Positions 47,352 through 60,810 of a stretch of 64,000 nucleotides of DNA are shown here, one piece after another. Made by a program: the position numbers and the translations under genes. Origin of the DNA: an uncultured Planctomycetota bacterium (GTDB taxonomy: Bacteria > Planctomycetota > Planctomycetia > Isosphaerales > Isosphaeraceae); contig CAWJTV010000001.1 of assembly GCA_963845755.1 (NCBI GenBank), positions 160,001 to 224,000 on the forward strand, written 5' to 3'. The notes under the pieces are model-generated. The model was not told the DNA's origin. It worked only from the letters and a program-made list of their open reading frames with translations, and made no database searches. Within the stretch, counting starts at the first letter, position 1. Each line of letters opens with the position of its first letter.

Positions 47352-49179
47352 ATGGAACGATCCGCCTGGCCATTGATCGTCCTCGTGGTCTTGGTGTTCA
47401 TCTGGGTCGGACCTCTACCATGTGTGGCACAGACGCAGACCCTGCCCGTGCCCAGGTCGTCACCACCGACTCAATCGGCCTCGCCGACATCCAGCGCCGC
47501 CGAGGTCTCGATCCCGCCGCCTCGCGACTTTTCCCGAACGGGCGGATCGTCCTCTGCAGCGGCGCCGGCATCTCGGGTCGCCGTGCCGGCGCCGCGCCGC
47601 GTCCTCCTGGCTACGAACGGATCGTCCTCGGCGACGGCGACGTCGGCCGGCAGCACCCAGCCGGCGCCGGACGCGGTTCAAGGAACAGGAGAAGCGATCG
47701 TGCCGTCCACTTCGGCCCTCGCTCCCGTTCAGGGCGAGCTGGCCTTGAAGTTAAAGCCGGCGCCGCTGGAGCCGACCGACCTCCACTTTCCCATCAACCT
47801 CGCCACGGCGTTGCGTCTCTCCGATGCCCGGCCGCTGATCGTGGCCGCCGCGCAGGCCAGTGTGTGGGTGGCCGAAGCACAGCTCACACGGGCCAAGGTC
47901 CTCTGGGTTCCTACCCTCATGGTGGGTGCCGATTATATCCGGCACGACGGCGGTGGTCCGGATTTTAACAAGGGCATCATGACTGCGCCGAGCGTGAACT
48001 TCTTGTACGCCGGTGCGGGTGCGGACCAGTACGTCGCCGTGACCGATGCCATCTTCCAGCCGTTGGTCGCGCGGCAGGTCCTCAAGGCAAGGCAATGGGA
48101 CATCCAGTCGGCCAAGAACGATGCCCTGCTCCAGACCGCCGAGTCCTACTTCAACGTGCATCAGCATCGGGGCAAGTTTGCCGGCGCACTCTACTGCGTC
48201 GAGCGGGGGCACGACCTGGTCGAGCGGATCGCGCAATTGAGCCGGGAACTGGTCCCGACGGTCGAGGTGGATCGGGCCCGGAACATGGTGGCCGACCTCG
48301 AGCAGCAGGCCACATCCGCCCGGGAGGCCTGGCGCGTCAACAGCGCCAACCTCACCCAGGTCCTGCGGCTGGATCCCCGCGCCGTGGTGATGCCGCTGGA
48401 GCACGATCACCTCCAGCTCACCTTGATCGACCCGGCAATGGCGCTCCACGACCTTCAGCAGATGGCCTTGACCAACCGCCCCGAGCTCGCCTCGCTCCGG
48501 GCGATGGTTGAGGCGGCCGATGTGAAGATTCGCCGGGAGAAGTTGCGGCCGTTCCTGCCCATCGTCATGATCAATGGCTTCCAGAGCGCCGGCATGTATC
48601 TCCAGGCCGGAATCTTCGGCCTCGGGCCCGAACAGCGCCATGAACCAATACACCGGTCGCGTCGACACCAGCTTTCAGCTCATCTGGCAATTCGACGCCT
48701 TCGGAATCGGAAACCTCGCGCGGGTCAAGGAGCAGCGCGGTGGTCAGTCGGAGGCCATCATCCAGCTCTTCAGGAGCCAGGACATGGTCTCGGCCGAAGT
48801 GATGCGGTCCCTGGCGAGTCTCCAGTCGGCGACGGCCCGGGTCACCCAGGCCGACCGCGCCCTGCGCACCGCCATCATCACCTTCAACGGCAACTTCGAG
48901 GGCCTACGGCATACGACCCGCTTCGGCGACATCCTGGTCCTGGTCAATCGGCCGCAGGAAGCCGTCTACGCGCTCGAGCTGATGAAGCTCGCCTTCGACG
49001 AGTACTTCACCACGGTCGCGGAATACAACAAGTCGCAGTTCCAGCTCTTCCACGCGGTGGGTTACCCCGCCCGCGAGATCGCCGATCTCCATCCCCCCGG
49101 CGATATCCTGCCGGTCGAGACGGCGCGGCCGGCCTACCTGCCCGTCGTGGGCAATGGGCCGCCCCCGACAACACGCTGA
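47352..49179 (+). CDS. TolC-family outer membrane efflux protein, second copy (frameshift near 48630)
   Basis: Colinear with 42981-44687; extra G in CTCGGGCCCGAAC compared with the paralog. Confidence 0.85.
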
Positions 49180-49323
49180 AACATCGGCCTTCTGGCGGGC
49201 TTGGCCCCCCCATCAACGAAGTAATGCCCCTCGGCTCGGAACTTCTTGGCGCGAACGAACCGCCACGGATTTCCGACGTATTGAGAGGAGAGACTCTCGT
49301 TCTCTCCAGCCGAGGCTTCATCT

Positions 49324-50058
49324 ATGCGCCAGCGCCCGATGTTGAAATTCCGTCCAGGTCTCGAGCAATTGGATCACAGGCAACTCCTCAGCGCCGGCGG
49401 ATTGGCGAGCCTCGCGAACCACTCGAGGGACCCAACAGTTCACTCGGCCGATCAGTCGCGTGCTCGCGCGTCAGACGGTGACATCACCAGTAGTCGATCC
49501 GCACTCCCGACTGGGTTCCTCGCGTTCCGCATCACCAATCCGACGCATCAGATCCCCGTTGATCTGGTTCCTCCATTTCAGCAAGACCTGGTCCAATCGC
49601 GCCATCCCGTGCCCGGCGAGGTCTACAACGTGCTTTATGTCGCCGTGAAGAACGGGACTTCCCAGACCTTCAGCGCCAGCAACCGCTTTACCGTCAGGAT
49701 GACGAATCAGCCCCGCTCCGTCGCCTTCCCGATGCTGACGGGGACCCAGCAGTGGAAGCCGGGCCAGTGGATGGTGCTCTACATCCTGACCAAGAAGTAC
49801 TATCCGGTGTCGCCCGTGGCCGGCGGCTTCCAGCTCGATGCCGGCGGTCGGTCCTCGACGCTCGTGCCGGGACCGTCGGGGATTTTTCTTCGGCTGACCT
49901 ATAATCCCTCCACGTTCGCCAGGACCCTCAATTGGATCGTCGCCTATGGCCCGGGCGCGGAGTCGGGCGCGGGCCCGAAACTTGGCCTGCCTGACACGGC
50001 CATCAACGAGCTCGTCGCCGCCCGGACCCACCGCATCGATTTCGGCGGGCATTTCTGA
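49324..50058 (+). CDS. Secreted hypothetical protein (paralog X2)
   Basis: LEQLDHRQLLSA; RITNPT, YNVLY.AV.NGT, KKYYP, GPSGIFLRL, RIDFGGHF shared with X1. Confidence 0.75.
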   Translation: MRQRPMLKFRPGLEQLDHRQLLSAGGLASLANHSRDPTVHSADQSRARASDGDITSSRSALPTGFLAFRITNPTHQIPVDLVPPFQQDLVQSRHPVPGEVYNVLYVAVKNGTSQTFSASNRFTVRMTNQPRSVAFPMLTGTQQWKPGQWMVLYILTKKYYPVSPVAGGFQLDAGGRSSTLVPGPSGIFLRLTYNPSTFARTLNWIVAYGPGAESGAGPKLGLPDTAINELVAARTHRIDFGGHF

Positions 50059-50074
50059 GGGACCGATCACGACC

Positions 50075-51208
50075 TCATACGCTGACGATCACCACATCGA
50101 TCCCATCGACAGTGCGGAGGAGCCGTTCGAGGATCGAGCCGTGCAGGAGGCGGTGATACCAGGGCTGGCGACTCTGGCCCATGAGGATCACGCGGATGCT
50201 ATATTCCCGCGCGAAGGCCAGGATCGTCCTGACCACGTCCGGCCCGCGGAACGTCATGGGCACGCCTCCGAGCTGTTGCGCGAGTTCCAGGCTCTTGCTG
50301 ATGGCTCGTTGCGTCGCGGCATCGATCCGCGTCAGGTCCTCGGCCGGCGTCTGGATATAGACGGCGTACCACGGAGCATTCAACCGATCGGCCAGCCGGG
50401 CGGCCTTGCGGAGCAGGGCCGGAGCATTCGGGCTGCGGCTCGACAGGCCGACCATCAACCGGTCGGTCACCGACACGGGCGCGCGGTCGGCCTCGGCACG
50501 ACGGCCGCGACGGTCGATCAGGTGGGCCATCTCCGTCAGTGTGATCTCTCGCAGCCGGGTCAGGTTGCCCTGGGTGAAGAAATTCGCCAGTGCCCGCTCG
50601 GCGCGCTCCGGAGGGTAGACCTTGCCCGCCCGCAGGCGTTCCAGCAGGTCCTCGGTCGAGACGTCGATATTGACGATCTGATCGGCCTCCCCCAGCACCG
50701 AGTCGGGCAGTCGCTCCTTGATCTTCACCCCCGTGGCCCGCTCGACCTCATCGTAGAGGCTCTCCAGGTGCTGGATGTTGACCGTGGAGATCACATGGAT
50801 TCCGGCCCGCATCAACTCCTCGACATCCTGATAGCGCTTGGAATGGCGGCTGCCAGGGGCATTGGTGTGCGCCAATTCGTCGACCAGGCACACCGTCGGC
50901 CGACGGGCGAGGATCGCATCCAGGTCCATCTCGCGCAGCGTCACGCCCCGATACTCGATCGAGCGGGGTGGGATGAGCTCCAGGTCTCCGATCTGCTCGG
51001 CGGTCTCGGCGCGGCCATGCGTCTCGATCAGGCCGATTGCGACGTCGAGGCCCTGCTGCTTGAGCCGGTGCCCTTCGCGGAGCATGGCATAGGTCTTGCC
51101 AACGCCCGCGGCGGAGCCCAGGTAGACCTTCAGCCGGCCGCGTTCCTGGCGGCGGATCAGGCTGAGGAACTGCTCCGGGGTCGGACGGCTGGGTTCGACG
51201 ATGGCCAT
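50075..51208 (-). CDS. kdpD: KdpD N-terminal sensor + Usp domain only (no TM or kinase domain)
   Basis: GRLKVYLGSAAGVGKTYAML, LVDELAHTN, KRYQDV, NIQHLESL, Usp tail, stop at 50075. Confidence 0.88.
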   Translation of the reverse strand: MAIVEPSRPTPEQFLSLIRRQERGRLKVYLGSAAGVGKTYAMLREGHRLKQQGLDVAIGLIETHGRAETAEQIGDLELIPPRSIEYRGVTLREMDLDAILARRPTVCLVDELAHTNAPGSRHSKRYQDVEELMRAGIHVISTVNIQHLESLYDEVERATGVKIKERLPDSVLGEADQIVNIDVSTEDLLERLRAGKVYPPERAERALANFFTQGNLTRLREITLTEMAHLIDRRGRRAEADRAPVSVTDRLMVGLSSRSPNAPALLRKAARLADRLNAPWYAVYIQTPAEDLTRIDAATQRAISKSLELAQQLGGVPMTFRGPDVVRTILAFAREYSIRVILMGQSRQPWYHRLLHGSILERLLRTVDGIDVVIVSV

Positions 51209-51225
51209 GACCGGACCTCCGAGGA

Positions 51226-51792
51226 TCACTTCGGGGGCGTCGCATCGTCCAGGGCCAGATTGAGCCGCAACACGTTCACCCGTGGCGGGGCACCGACTAT
51301 CGCCCCGGATCGCTCGATGTGGGCCGCCATTTGCGCGCGCAGTCGATCCTCCGTCAACCCTCGGGCCGCGGCCACGCGCCCGAGCTGATACTCGGCCGCC
51401 TCGAGGCTGATGTGCGGATCCAGGCCCGAGCCGGAGGCCATCACCAGGTCCACCGGAGCCGGCTTCTCCCTGCTGGCCTTCACGGCCTCGGCCCGCTCGG
51501 CAATCTTCTTGCGCAAGTCCGGGTTCTTGGGACCGAGGTTCGATCCTCCCGTCGCGTCCGCCTTGTAATCGACGGCGGACGGCCGAGGATGAAAGTAACG
51601 ATCGGAGGCGAACGGCTGGGCCACAAGGTCCGAACCGATCACGATCCCCTCACGATCCGAGATGGGACTTCCTTCGGCCTGATGCGGGAAGGCCAGGTGG
51701 GCCAGTCCCCAGACCGCAACCGGATAAGCGGCGGCACACAGCACGAAAGTCACTGAGCAGGCGAGCAACGCCGTCTTGATTTCGCGAATCAT
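51226..51792 (-). CDS. kdpC: K+-transporting ATPase subunit C
   Basis: FPHQAEGS, YFHPRPSA, GGSNLGP, ASGSGLDPHIS, VNVLRLNLALD. Confidence 0.95.
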   Translation of the reverse strand: MIREIKTALLACSVTFVLCAAAYPVAVWGLAHLAFPHQAEGSPISDREGIVIGSDLVAQPFASDRYFHPRPSAVDYKADATGGSNLGPKNPDLRKKIAERAEAVKASREKPAPVDLVMASGSGLDPHISLEAAEYQLGRVAAARGLTEDRLRAQMAAHIERSGAIVGAPPRVNVLRLNLALDDATPPK

Positions 51793-51966
51793 CACGCAGA
51801 GTCTCCGATCGGGCCGCTGGAATTGCCGGAGGGGGCCGAAGAGCCGCGCTCCTGAGAACAGGTGGAGGAACAGGTGGAGCAACCGTACACTAGTTTCATC
51901 GGCGTCAATACAATAAATAAAATATTTTAATGATTACATTTATCAACATGAAGCTTTTGAACCGCA

Positions 51967-54106
<2,140 letters not shown>

Positions 54107-54189
54107 CGAAACATCTCCTCCATTCTTCCGAGTTCAGTCTTTTGTTCACAATTTACTTGCATCGGGCACGCCGGAGCGAAGCGCCTGAG

Positions 54190-55943
54190 CTACGGTTGAA
54201 CGGTCGTCAGGTGGTCGGCGATGGGGCCGAGCACGAGCGCCGGCATGAACGACAAGGCGCCGACGAGAATCACCGTCCCCAGCAGCATGCCGGCGAACGT
54301 CAGGTTGTCCGTCTTCAGCGTGCCGACCGTCTGGGGGACGCGTTTCTTCTGGGAGAGGAAGCCGGCGATCGCCAGGGGGAAGATCAGGGCCGGGAATCGT
54401 CCCAGCAGCAGGACGATGCCCGTGGCGATGTTCCACGGCGGGTTGTTGTCCCCGAGGCCCTCGAACCCCGAGCCGTTATTGGCCGCCGCCGAGGTGAACT
54501 CGTAGAGGATCTCGCTGAAGCCGTGCGGGCCGGGGTTGGCGCAGAATGCCTTCCATGAGGTCGCCGCGAAGATCGCCGTACCCACGCAGATCAAGAGCGG
54601 ATGGAACAGGACGGCCATCATCGCCAACTTGACCTCCTTGGCCTCGACCTTCTTGCCGAGGTATTCGGGCGTCCGCCCGACCATCAGACCGGCGATGAAC
54701 ACGGCGACGATGATGTACGACAGCATGTTGAGGAACCCGGCGCCGATGCCGCTGAAGACGACATTCAGCATCATGTTCGTCATCGGCACCATGCCGGCGA
54801 TCGGGTTGAGGCTGTCGTGCATGCTGTTGACCGAGCCGTTGGAAGTGGCCGTGGTGATCGCTGCCCAGGTCGCCGACGCCACCGGCCCGTTGCGGACCTC
54901 CTTGCCCTCCATGTTCGGCCCCTGGGCCACCGGCAGCCCCTCGATGGCCGCGCTGGGCTGAGCTTCGGCGGTAACGGCCACGATCATGCCGACCAGGAGG
55001 AAGGCCAGCATCACGCCATAGACCACCATGGCGTGGGCGCGGTCTTTGAGCATCCGACCGAACATGACCAGCGAAGACATCGGCAGGACGAGGATGGAGA
55101 ACACCTCGAGCAGGTTGCTCCAGGGTGAGGGGTTCTCGTAGGGGTGGGCCGAGTTCGGATCCGAAGAAGCCGCCGCCGTCGGTGCCGAGCTGCTTGATCG
55201 CCACCAGCGCGGCCACCGGGCCGCGGGCAATCGTCTGGGTGGTCATCTTCGTGGCCTCGCCATCGAGCGTCTTCGCCTGCAACGCTCCCTCGAAGGTCAT
55301 CGGCATCCCGGTGGCGACCAGCAGCAGCGCGACGATCAGGGCCAGGGGCACGAAGACGAGGACCAGGCTCCGCATCAGGTCGAGGTAGAAATCGCCGAGA
55401 TGCTTATCGCTGCGCAGGCCGCGGACGGCGGCCAGCATCACGCACAGCCCGGCCGCGGGCGTGACGAACTGGAGCCAGACGATCCCGCCGAGCTGGCTGA
55501 AATACGACAGGTGCTGCTCGCCGGAGTAGTGCTGGAGGTTGGTGTTGGTCACGAACGAGCAGACGGTGTTGAAGATCACGCCGGTGTCGGCGCCGGGGTG
55601 GTCGACTCCGGCGGCGTCCTTGTATCCCGTGGCCCCCAGTGACCCCTTTCCGTCGGGGTTCAACGGCAGATACTGCTGAACGTAGAGCAGGCCGAAGGCC
55701 AGGACGAAGAGGGCGGCGTTGAACGCCAGCAGGGCCACGGCATACCGCTTCCAATCCATCGAGGCCGGCTCGCGGCGGCCGAGCAGTGCGCCAGAGGGCC
55801 ATCGGCAGCACATCCAGTCCCCGGCCGACGCGGTCGGCCGGTGGATCGAGGACGCGGGCCATCCATAGCCCGATCGGCACCGAGGCCGCAATCGGGAGGG
55901 CGAGCGCCCAGAACGGGTGGATCCACGAGAAGATCAATTCCAC
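54190..55943 (-). CDS. kdpA: K+-transporting ATPase subunit A (frameshifts near 55800 and 55160)
   Basis: SFVTNTNLQHYSGE, IKQLGTDGGGFF, NSAHPYENP, GRTPEYLGKK, SAAANNGSGF. Confidence 0.95.
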
Positions 55944-55968
55944 GGACAGATCTCCGGTCAGGTGTGGT

Positions 55969-56049
55969 TCAGAAGCGTTCGGGCCGGATCATCACGTACC
56001 CGAGATAGATCAGCGCGAGCACAGTCAGCACGGCGGTCAGGTAGAGCAC
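55969..56049 (-). CDS. kdpF: KdpF peptide (26 aa)
   Basis: GTG start after GAGAGGGG; MLYLTAVLTVLALIYLGYVMIRPERF with the diagnostic PERF end, directly before kdpA. Confidence 0.88.
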   Translation of the reverse strand: MLYLTAVLTVLALIYLGYVMIRPERF

Positions 56050-56079
56050 GGCAGCAGCCCCTCTCATGTCATAGCGCGG

Positions 56080-56160
56080 TCAGAGCCGGTCGCAGGCCGC
56101 GACCAGGCCGAAGAACAGGGCGAACAGGATTATCCCGATAGCAAGTGTACCAAGGGCCAT
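56080..56160 (-). CDS. 26-aa membrane micropeptide upstream of kdpF
   Basis: Strong GGAGGAGG RBS; MALGTLAIGIILFALFFGLVAACDRL. Confidence 0.75.
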   Translation of the reverse strand: MALGTLAIGIILFALFFGLVAACDRL

Positions 56161-56243
56161 GGTTGTCCTCCTCCATCGGTAGTCGGCGGCGAGATCGGAC
56201 CGATCCGATCTCGCAAGCGTTGCCATTTCGCGGACGTCCGCGA

Positions 56244-57054
56244 TCATTCCGCAGCCGGGTTGATCGCCGCATTCTGGTAATCGAGGCCGAACCGCTCGCA
56301 GTAGCGCTTCAGGCCGTCCAGGGCCAGGGCATGGTGACGGTCGCGGCTCAAGGCCCTCCGGTAGGATTGGTAGGCGGCATGGTACTCACGCAAGCTCTCC
56401 TGGAGAGCGCCACGCAGTGCGTTCGCCGCGGCGGAGTTCGGATCGAGGTCGAGTGCCTGCTGAAGCAGATACTCGGTCAGGTTGACCTGGCCTCGCTCCC
56501 ACGCCGCGCCGGGCCACCGCGAGCGTTTCGGTAAACCGATGGGCCAGGGCGCCGAGCGAATTGGCCGTGGGCCGGTAAGATTCCGTCTCGACATGGGGGC
56601 GCCTCCGGAGCACGTCCAGGACCGTTTGGCGTAAGACGGTGGGTTGAACCGGCTTGGACAGGAAGTTGACGGCACCCAGCTCCCTGGCGCGGATGGCACT
56701 CGGGACGCTGCCGTGGGCGGTGATGACCACAATGGGAACGTCGATCCTCTCGTCGCGGAGTCGTCGGAGTACTTCCATCCCATCAAGTCCGGGCATCCGG
56801 AGATCGAGGAGTGCGACGGAAACCGCGTCGCTCCGGATGGCGCCGAGGGCTTGCTCACCGTCCTCCGCTTCGCTCACCGCGTATCCGGCGGCCTCGAGGG
56901 CCACGCGGAATCCCAGACGGCTGCTGGCCTCGTCGTCCGCGACCAGGATTGGGGAAGACCCGCCGCAGGGGGTGGTCTGGTTCGCGCCGCCGAACCACTG
57001 GGGTTCGAACCGCTTTTCACTGTTAGTGTTGATATATTTAATTATATTCGCCAT
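56244..57054 (-). CDS. Response regulator receiver + TPR protein (frameshift near 56500)
   Basis: ILVADDE, LLDLRMPGLDG, ITAHG, FLSKP; then LQQALDLDPNSAAA..YRRAL TPRs; start uncertain. Confidence 0.8.
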
Positions 57055-57656
57055 CTGAAGCTCGGTCCGTTTGCTGTCAACCCGAAGACATTCCGATCCT
57101 TCCGAGATTTCGTGAGAGCAAGAATCCGAAAGTCGAAGCCATGCGTGTTCTTCCGATACGGATTGGCGAAGGGACGTGATGTCGGTCGTATTGTTGCAAG
57201 ATGGACGCATCCCACCGAATCGGAGGCACGGTGGGCCATGCCCACCTGACGGACGAGGGGGTTGTTAGCATCGGCCGTGCCGGATCCGAGGACCCGAATC
57301 CCAAATCAAGGTACGGTGACGAGTTGTGATCTTAGCATTGTGAGCCGCGAGCGATAGAACCCCGGAGTTCGCCCTGCAAAGAGCACGATTCCGGCCCCCG
57401 AGGATTGCAGAATGCGCGACGCGAAGCCGCGATCCTTCGCGATTCATCCTCCACGTTTCCTGCTTGACATTCCCTCCACTTCCACGAAGTGCGGCACGAG
57501 ATGGCTTACCACACACGCCCTCACCCACCCGAACCTTCGAAAAGTTCGACGTAATCGTCCGATTCGCTCAATTCGCGACAATCGGAGAACCGATCAACGA
57601 CGACACGGGCGATCGTTCTGGAACGCTCGGCTCGACGGGGCAGAAGGAATCGCTCG

Positions 57657-59265
57657 ATGCGTTGGCTGTCCTCGATCGCCCTGACCGGTCTGTTGCTCGC
57701 ACTAGGCCCTGCGCACACCGGCGGCTCGCCCAGCTCGCGCCGACGGAGGATCGTCAGTCTCTGCGAGCCGAGACGGGAGGCGAGGCTGGGAAGCCAGCCA
57801 TCTCGGCGGTTAAGAGTCGCGAGCGAAGCCTGCCTGCGCCCACCGTGGCCCCGCGCCCGAACCCGCCGCCGCGGGGAAGCCGGTTGTCGGGGCTTCGCGA
57901 TTTCTTCGTGAGGAGGTCGCGATGGTTCCAGGGGCAACCGTCATCAACCCGGGCGGGGAGCGCTACGTCGGCCCGCGCGGCAGGGGCCCCAACCTCGATC
58001 ACGCAGTCGGGCACGCCCGTGGCGCGGAAATCTTGGCCGCCCTCCCCACACCCGGCGGGGCGGCGGGGCCGTCGCCGACCGTCCCGCCCGCCCCGACCCC
58101 GCTCCTGCTCAACAAAGCGCTGGGCTTTGGGGACAAGCCGTATCGCGTCTATGGCTGGATCCAGAACAGCTTCACCGGCAACGCCAACGGCATGCCCAGC
58201 AACCGTGAGAACTTCGGCGTCTATCCCAATCACCTGGCCGACCAGTGGATGGGCAACCAGTACTATCTGACGATCGAGAATCCGCTCGATGCGATCGACA
58301 CGGTGAACTTCGGCTTCCGTTTCGACATGCTCTTCGGCAACGACTGGTTGTTCACCAAAGATTATGGGCTGTTCGACCACGCCTGGCACAACAATTCCTT
58401 TCCTGGCCTGGACCTGCCGCAGATCTATGGCGAGGTCCATTTGCCGATCCTGACCCCCCTGGGCCTGGATATCCGGGCCGGGCGATTCTTCTCGCTCACG
58501 GGATTCGAGAGCCCGCAGGCGATCGCGCGTCCGCTCCTGTCGGTGCCGTATCTCATGAACTTCACGCCATTCACCTTCTTCGGCGGATATGCCAACCTCC
58601 ACGTCCACCCACGTCTCAATATCTGGAGCGGCACCATCGACGGGTTCGATCGCTGGCCCAACGAGCCTTACAAATGGGGGTATATCGGCGGGTTGACCTG
58701 GAAGTCGCGCGACGAGAAGCTCAACCTGGTCATCGGCGGAGTGTCCGCCTACGACCAGCTCCCGATCTTCCCGCCGGCCAACGCCGTGGACCTGCCCGTC
58801 GGCGTCCCCGGCCCGGGGTTCCTGCCCGGCCGGCCCAACCCATTCTATAACAAGAGCCGGCGAGCCTACCTCGTTGCTGTCGCGACCTACAAGTGGACCG
58901 CCAAGCTGACGCAGGCCATGGAGACGGGGAACGTCTACGTCCCGCTGACCCTGGGCTACGGACACAACCGGTTTATCCCGGTTTCGGCGTCCTATTACGG
59001 CCTGGCCAACTGGTTTCTTTACGAGATCACGCCGAAGGTGACCGGGGTCTGGAGGAGTGAAATCTTCTGGGATCCCTATGGATTGGCGACCGGGAACGCG
59101 GATGTCTACCACGAGATCACCCTGGGACTCGTCTACAAGCCCAAGGAACACATCTGGATCCGGCCCGAGGTCCGGTACGATTGGTCCCAGTACACTCACC
59201 CTTACAACGATGGGACCCGCAACAGCCAGTTGACGATGGGCTTCGACATCATCTTCCTCTTCTGA
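57657..59265 (+). CDS. BBP2/OmpL-like outer membrane beta-barrel protein (frameshifts near 57720 and 57935)
   Basis: MRWLSSIAL signal; VYGWIQNSFTGN, LPQIYGEVHLP, GRFFSLTGFE, IRPEVRYDWS, terminal Phe. Confidence 0.8.
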
Positions 59266-59323
59266 CGAGGTGGAGGAATCGGGAATCCCTTCTGGGTTGC
59301 GGTCCCGGGTCGCGTCGAGAAAC

Positions 59324-60810
59324 TCAAGGGCCCGGGGGCGGACTGGCTCGCCGTGCGACTTTCTCGTCAACGGTCGTCGGCGCAACCTCCACGGGAGCGT
59401 CGTCGGTGAGGAGCGATAGTTCGCTGACGATCACGCGTTCCGAGCCATCGATCGGCCGCCAGGGCTCCGAGCCGGTCGCTTCGGCCTCGGAGGGCGGGAT
59501 GCGTTGACTGACGACCTCGATCCACTGGCCGTCGCTGACGCCCGTCTGGATTTCCGTCCGCACGGCATGGCCCTGCTCGTACATCCAACAGAACGTCTGG
59601 TCGCCGCTATACGTTAGTGCGTTCAACGGCAGAGTTCGCACTCCGGGCCGATCGATGAACACCTTGACGTAGGCGTACATCCTGGGCAAGAGCTGACTCT
59701 TGGGGTTGACCAGGTTGACCTCGGCGCGGAGGGTCCGGCTCTTGGCGTTTAGGGCCCAGGCCGTCCGGGTGACGGTGGCCGGGATCGGTTCGTCGCGGTA
59801 CGCCTTGGCCAGGACGGTGGCCTTGGTCCCGATGCGGACGAAGTTGGCGTCCGCCTCGGGAATATCGACGAAGACGCGGACGATATCGGTGCGGTTGACC
59901 ACGTAGATCGGCGCGGCGGCGGCGCCGGGCGAGAGGTCGCGCGCCGGGGATCCTGGCGGTGGGCCGTGGGGTCGCCGGCACCGGGCAGGAGGAAGTCGAA
60001 CGTATTGGCGTTGCGGACGGTGATCACGCCGTCGAACGGCGCCGTGAGCGTGAGGTAGCTCACCCAGGCCTGCAGCCGACGCTCCTCGCTCTCGGCCACC
60101 TTCAGGTCCGCCTCGGCGACCTGGACGTCGACCTCGGCCTTGGCCAGCACGGCGCGCCGGGAGCGAAGCTCCGCCCCCGCCCGCTTGACCATCGCCTTCG
60201 CCTGGTCCCGCGCCGCCGAACTCGACGCGAGCTGGTCCGTCGACTCGCGGAGGACACGGGGGGCGATCACGTCGTTGGAGATCTCACTCTGCATCCGCTT
60301 GACCTCCGTGCTCCAGCGGTTGACTTCGGCCTGGTACTTGTTGAGGATTTCCTCGGCCTCCTTGACGCCCGCCTCGGCCGCCGTGACGTCGGCCCTGGCC
60401 ACACTCACCACCTCCTTGGCCAGGTCGATCCGCTCCCGATCCAGCACGACCCTCGCCTTCCTGGTACCGTGGTCCTCTTCCAGCTCGGGCACGAAGAGCG
60501 TGGCCAGCACATCGCCCTTCTTCACCTTGTCGCCGATGTCCACGAGCCACTTCTTGATGTAGGCGGTCGGCTTGGAATAGATCGAGGTCCGCTCATACGC
60601 TTCGATGAAACTGGGCTGACCGACGACCCGGACGATATCCCGGATCGGCGGTTCGAGAATCCGCACGGTCGGCGGCTTCGCGTCGCCCGTAAAGTCGAGT
60701 CCAGGGTCATGGCGGCAGCCCGGTGTCGCAAGGGCCGCCAGGAGCCACAACGCCAACCAGCGGCAGCCGGCGAAGCGATCCGATATCAGGGGCCGAAGAA
60801 CCAGGCGCAT
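59324..60810 (-). CDS. RND periplasmic adaptor (membrane fusion) lipoprotein (frameshift near 59950)
   Basis: ATPGC lipobox; VDIGDKVKKGDVLA, LTAPFDGVIT, VRVFVDIPE, SRTLRAEV, IQTGVSDG. Confidence 0.9.
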
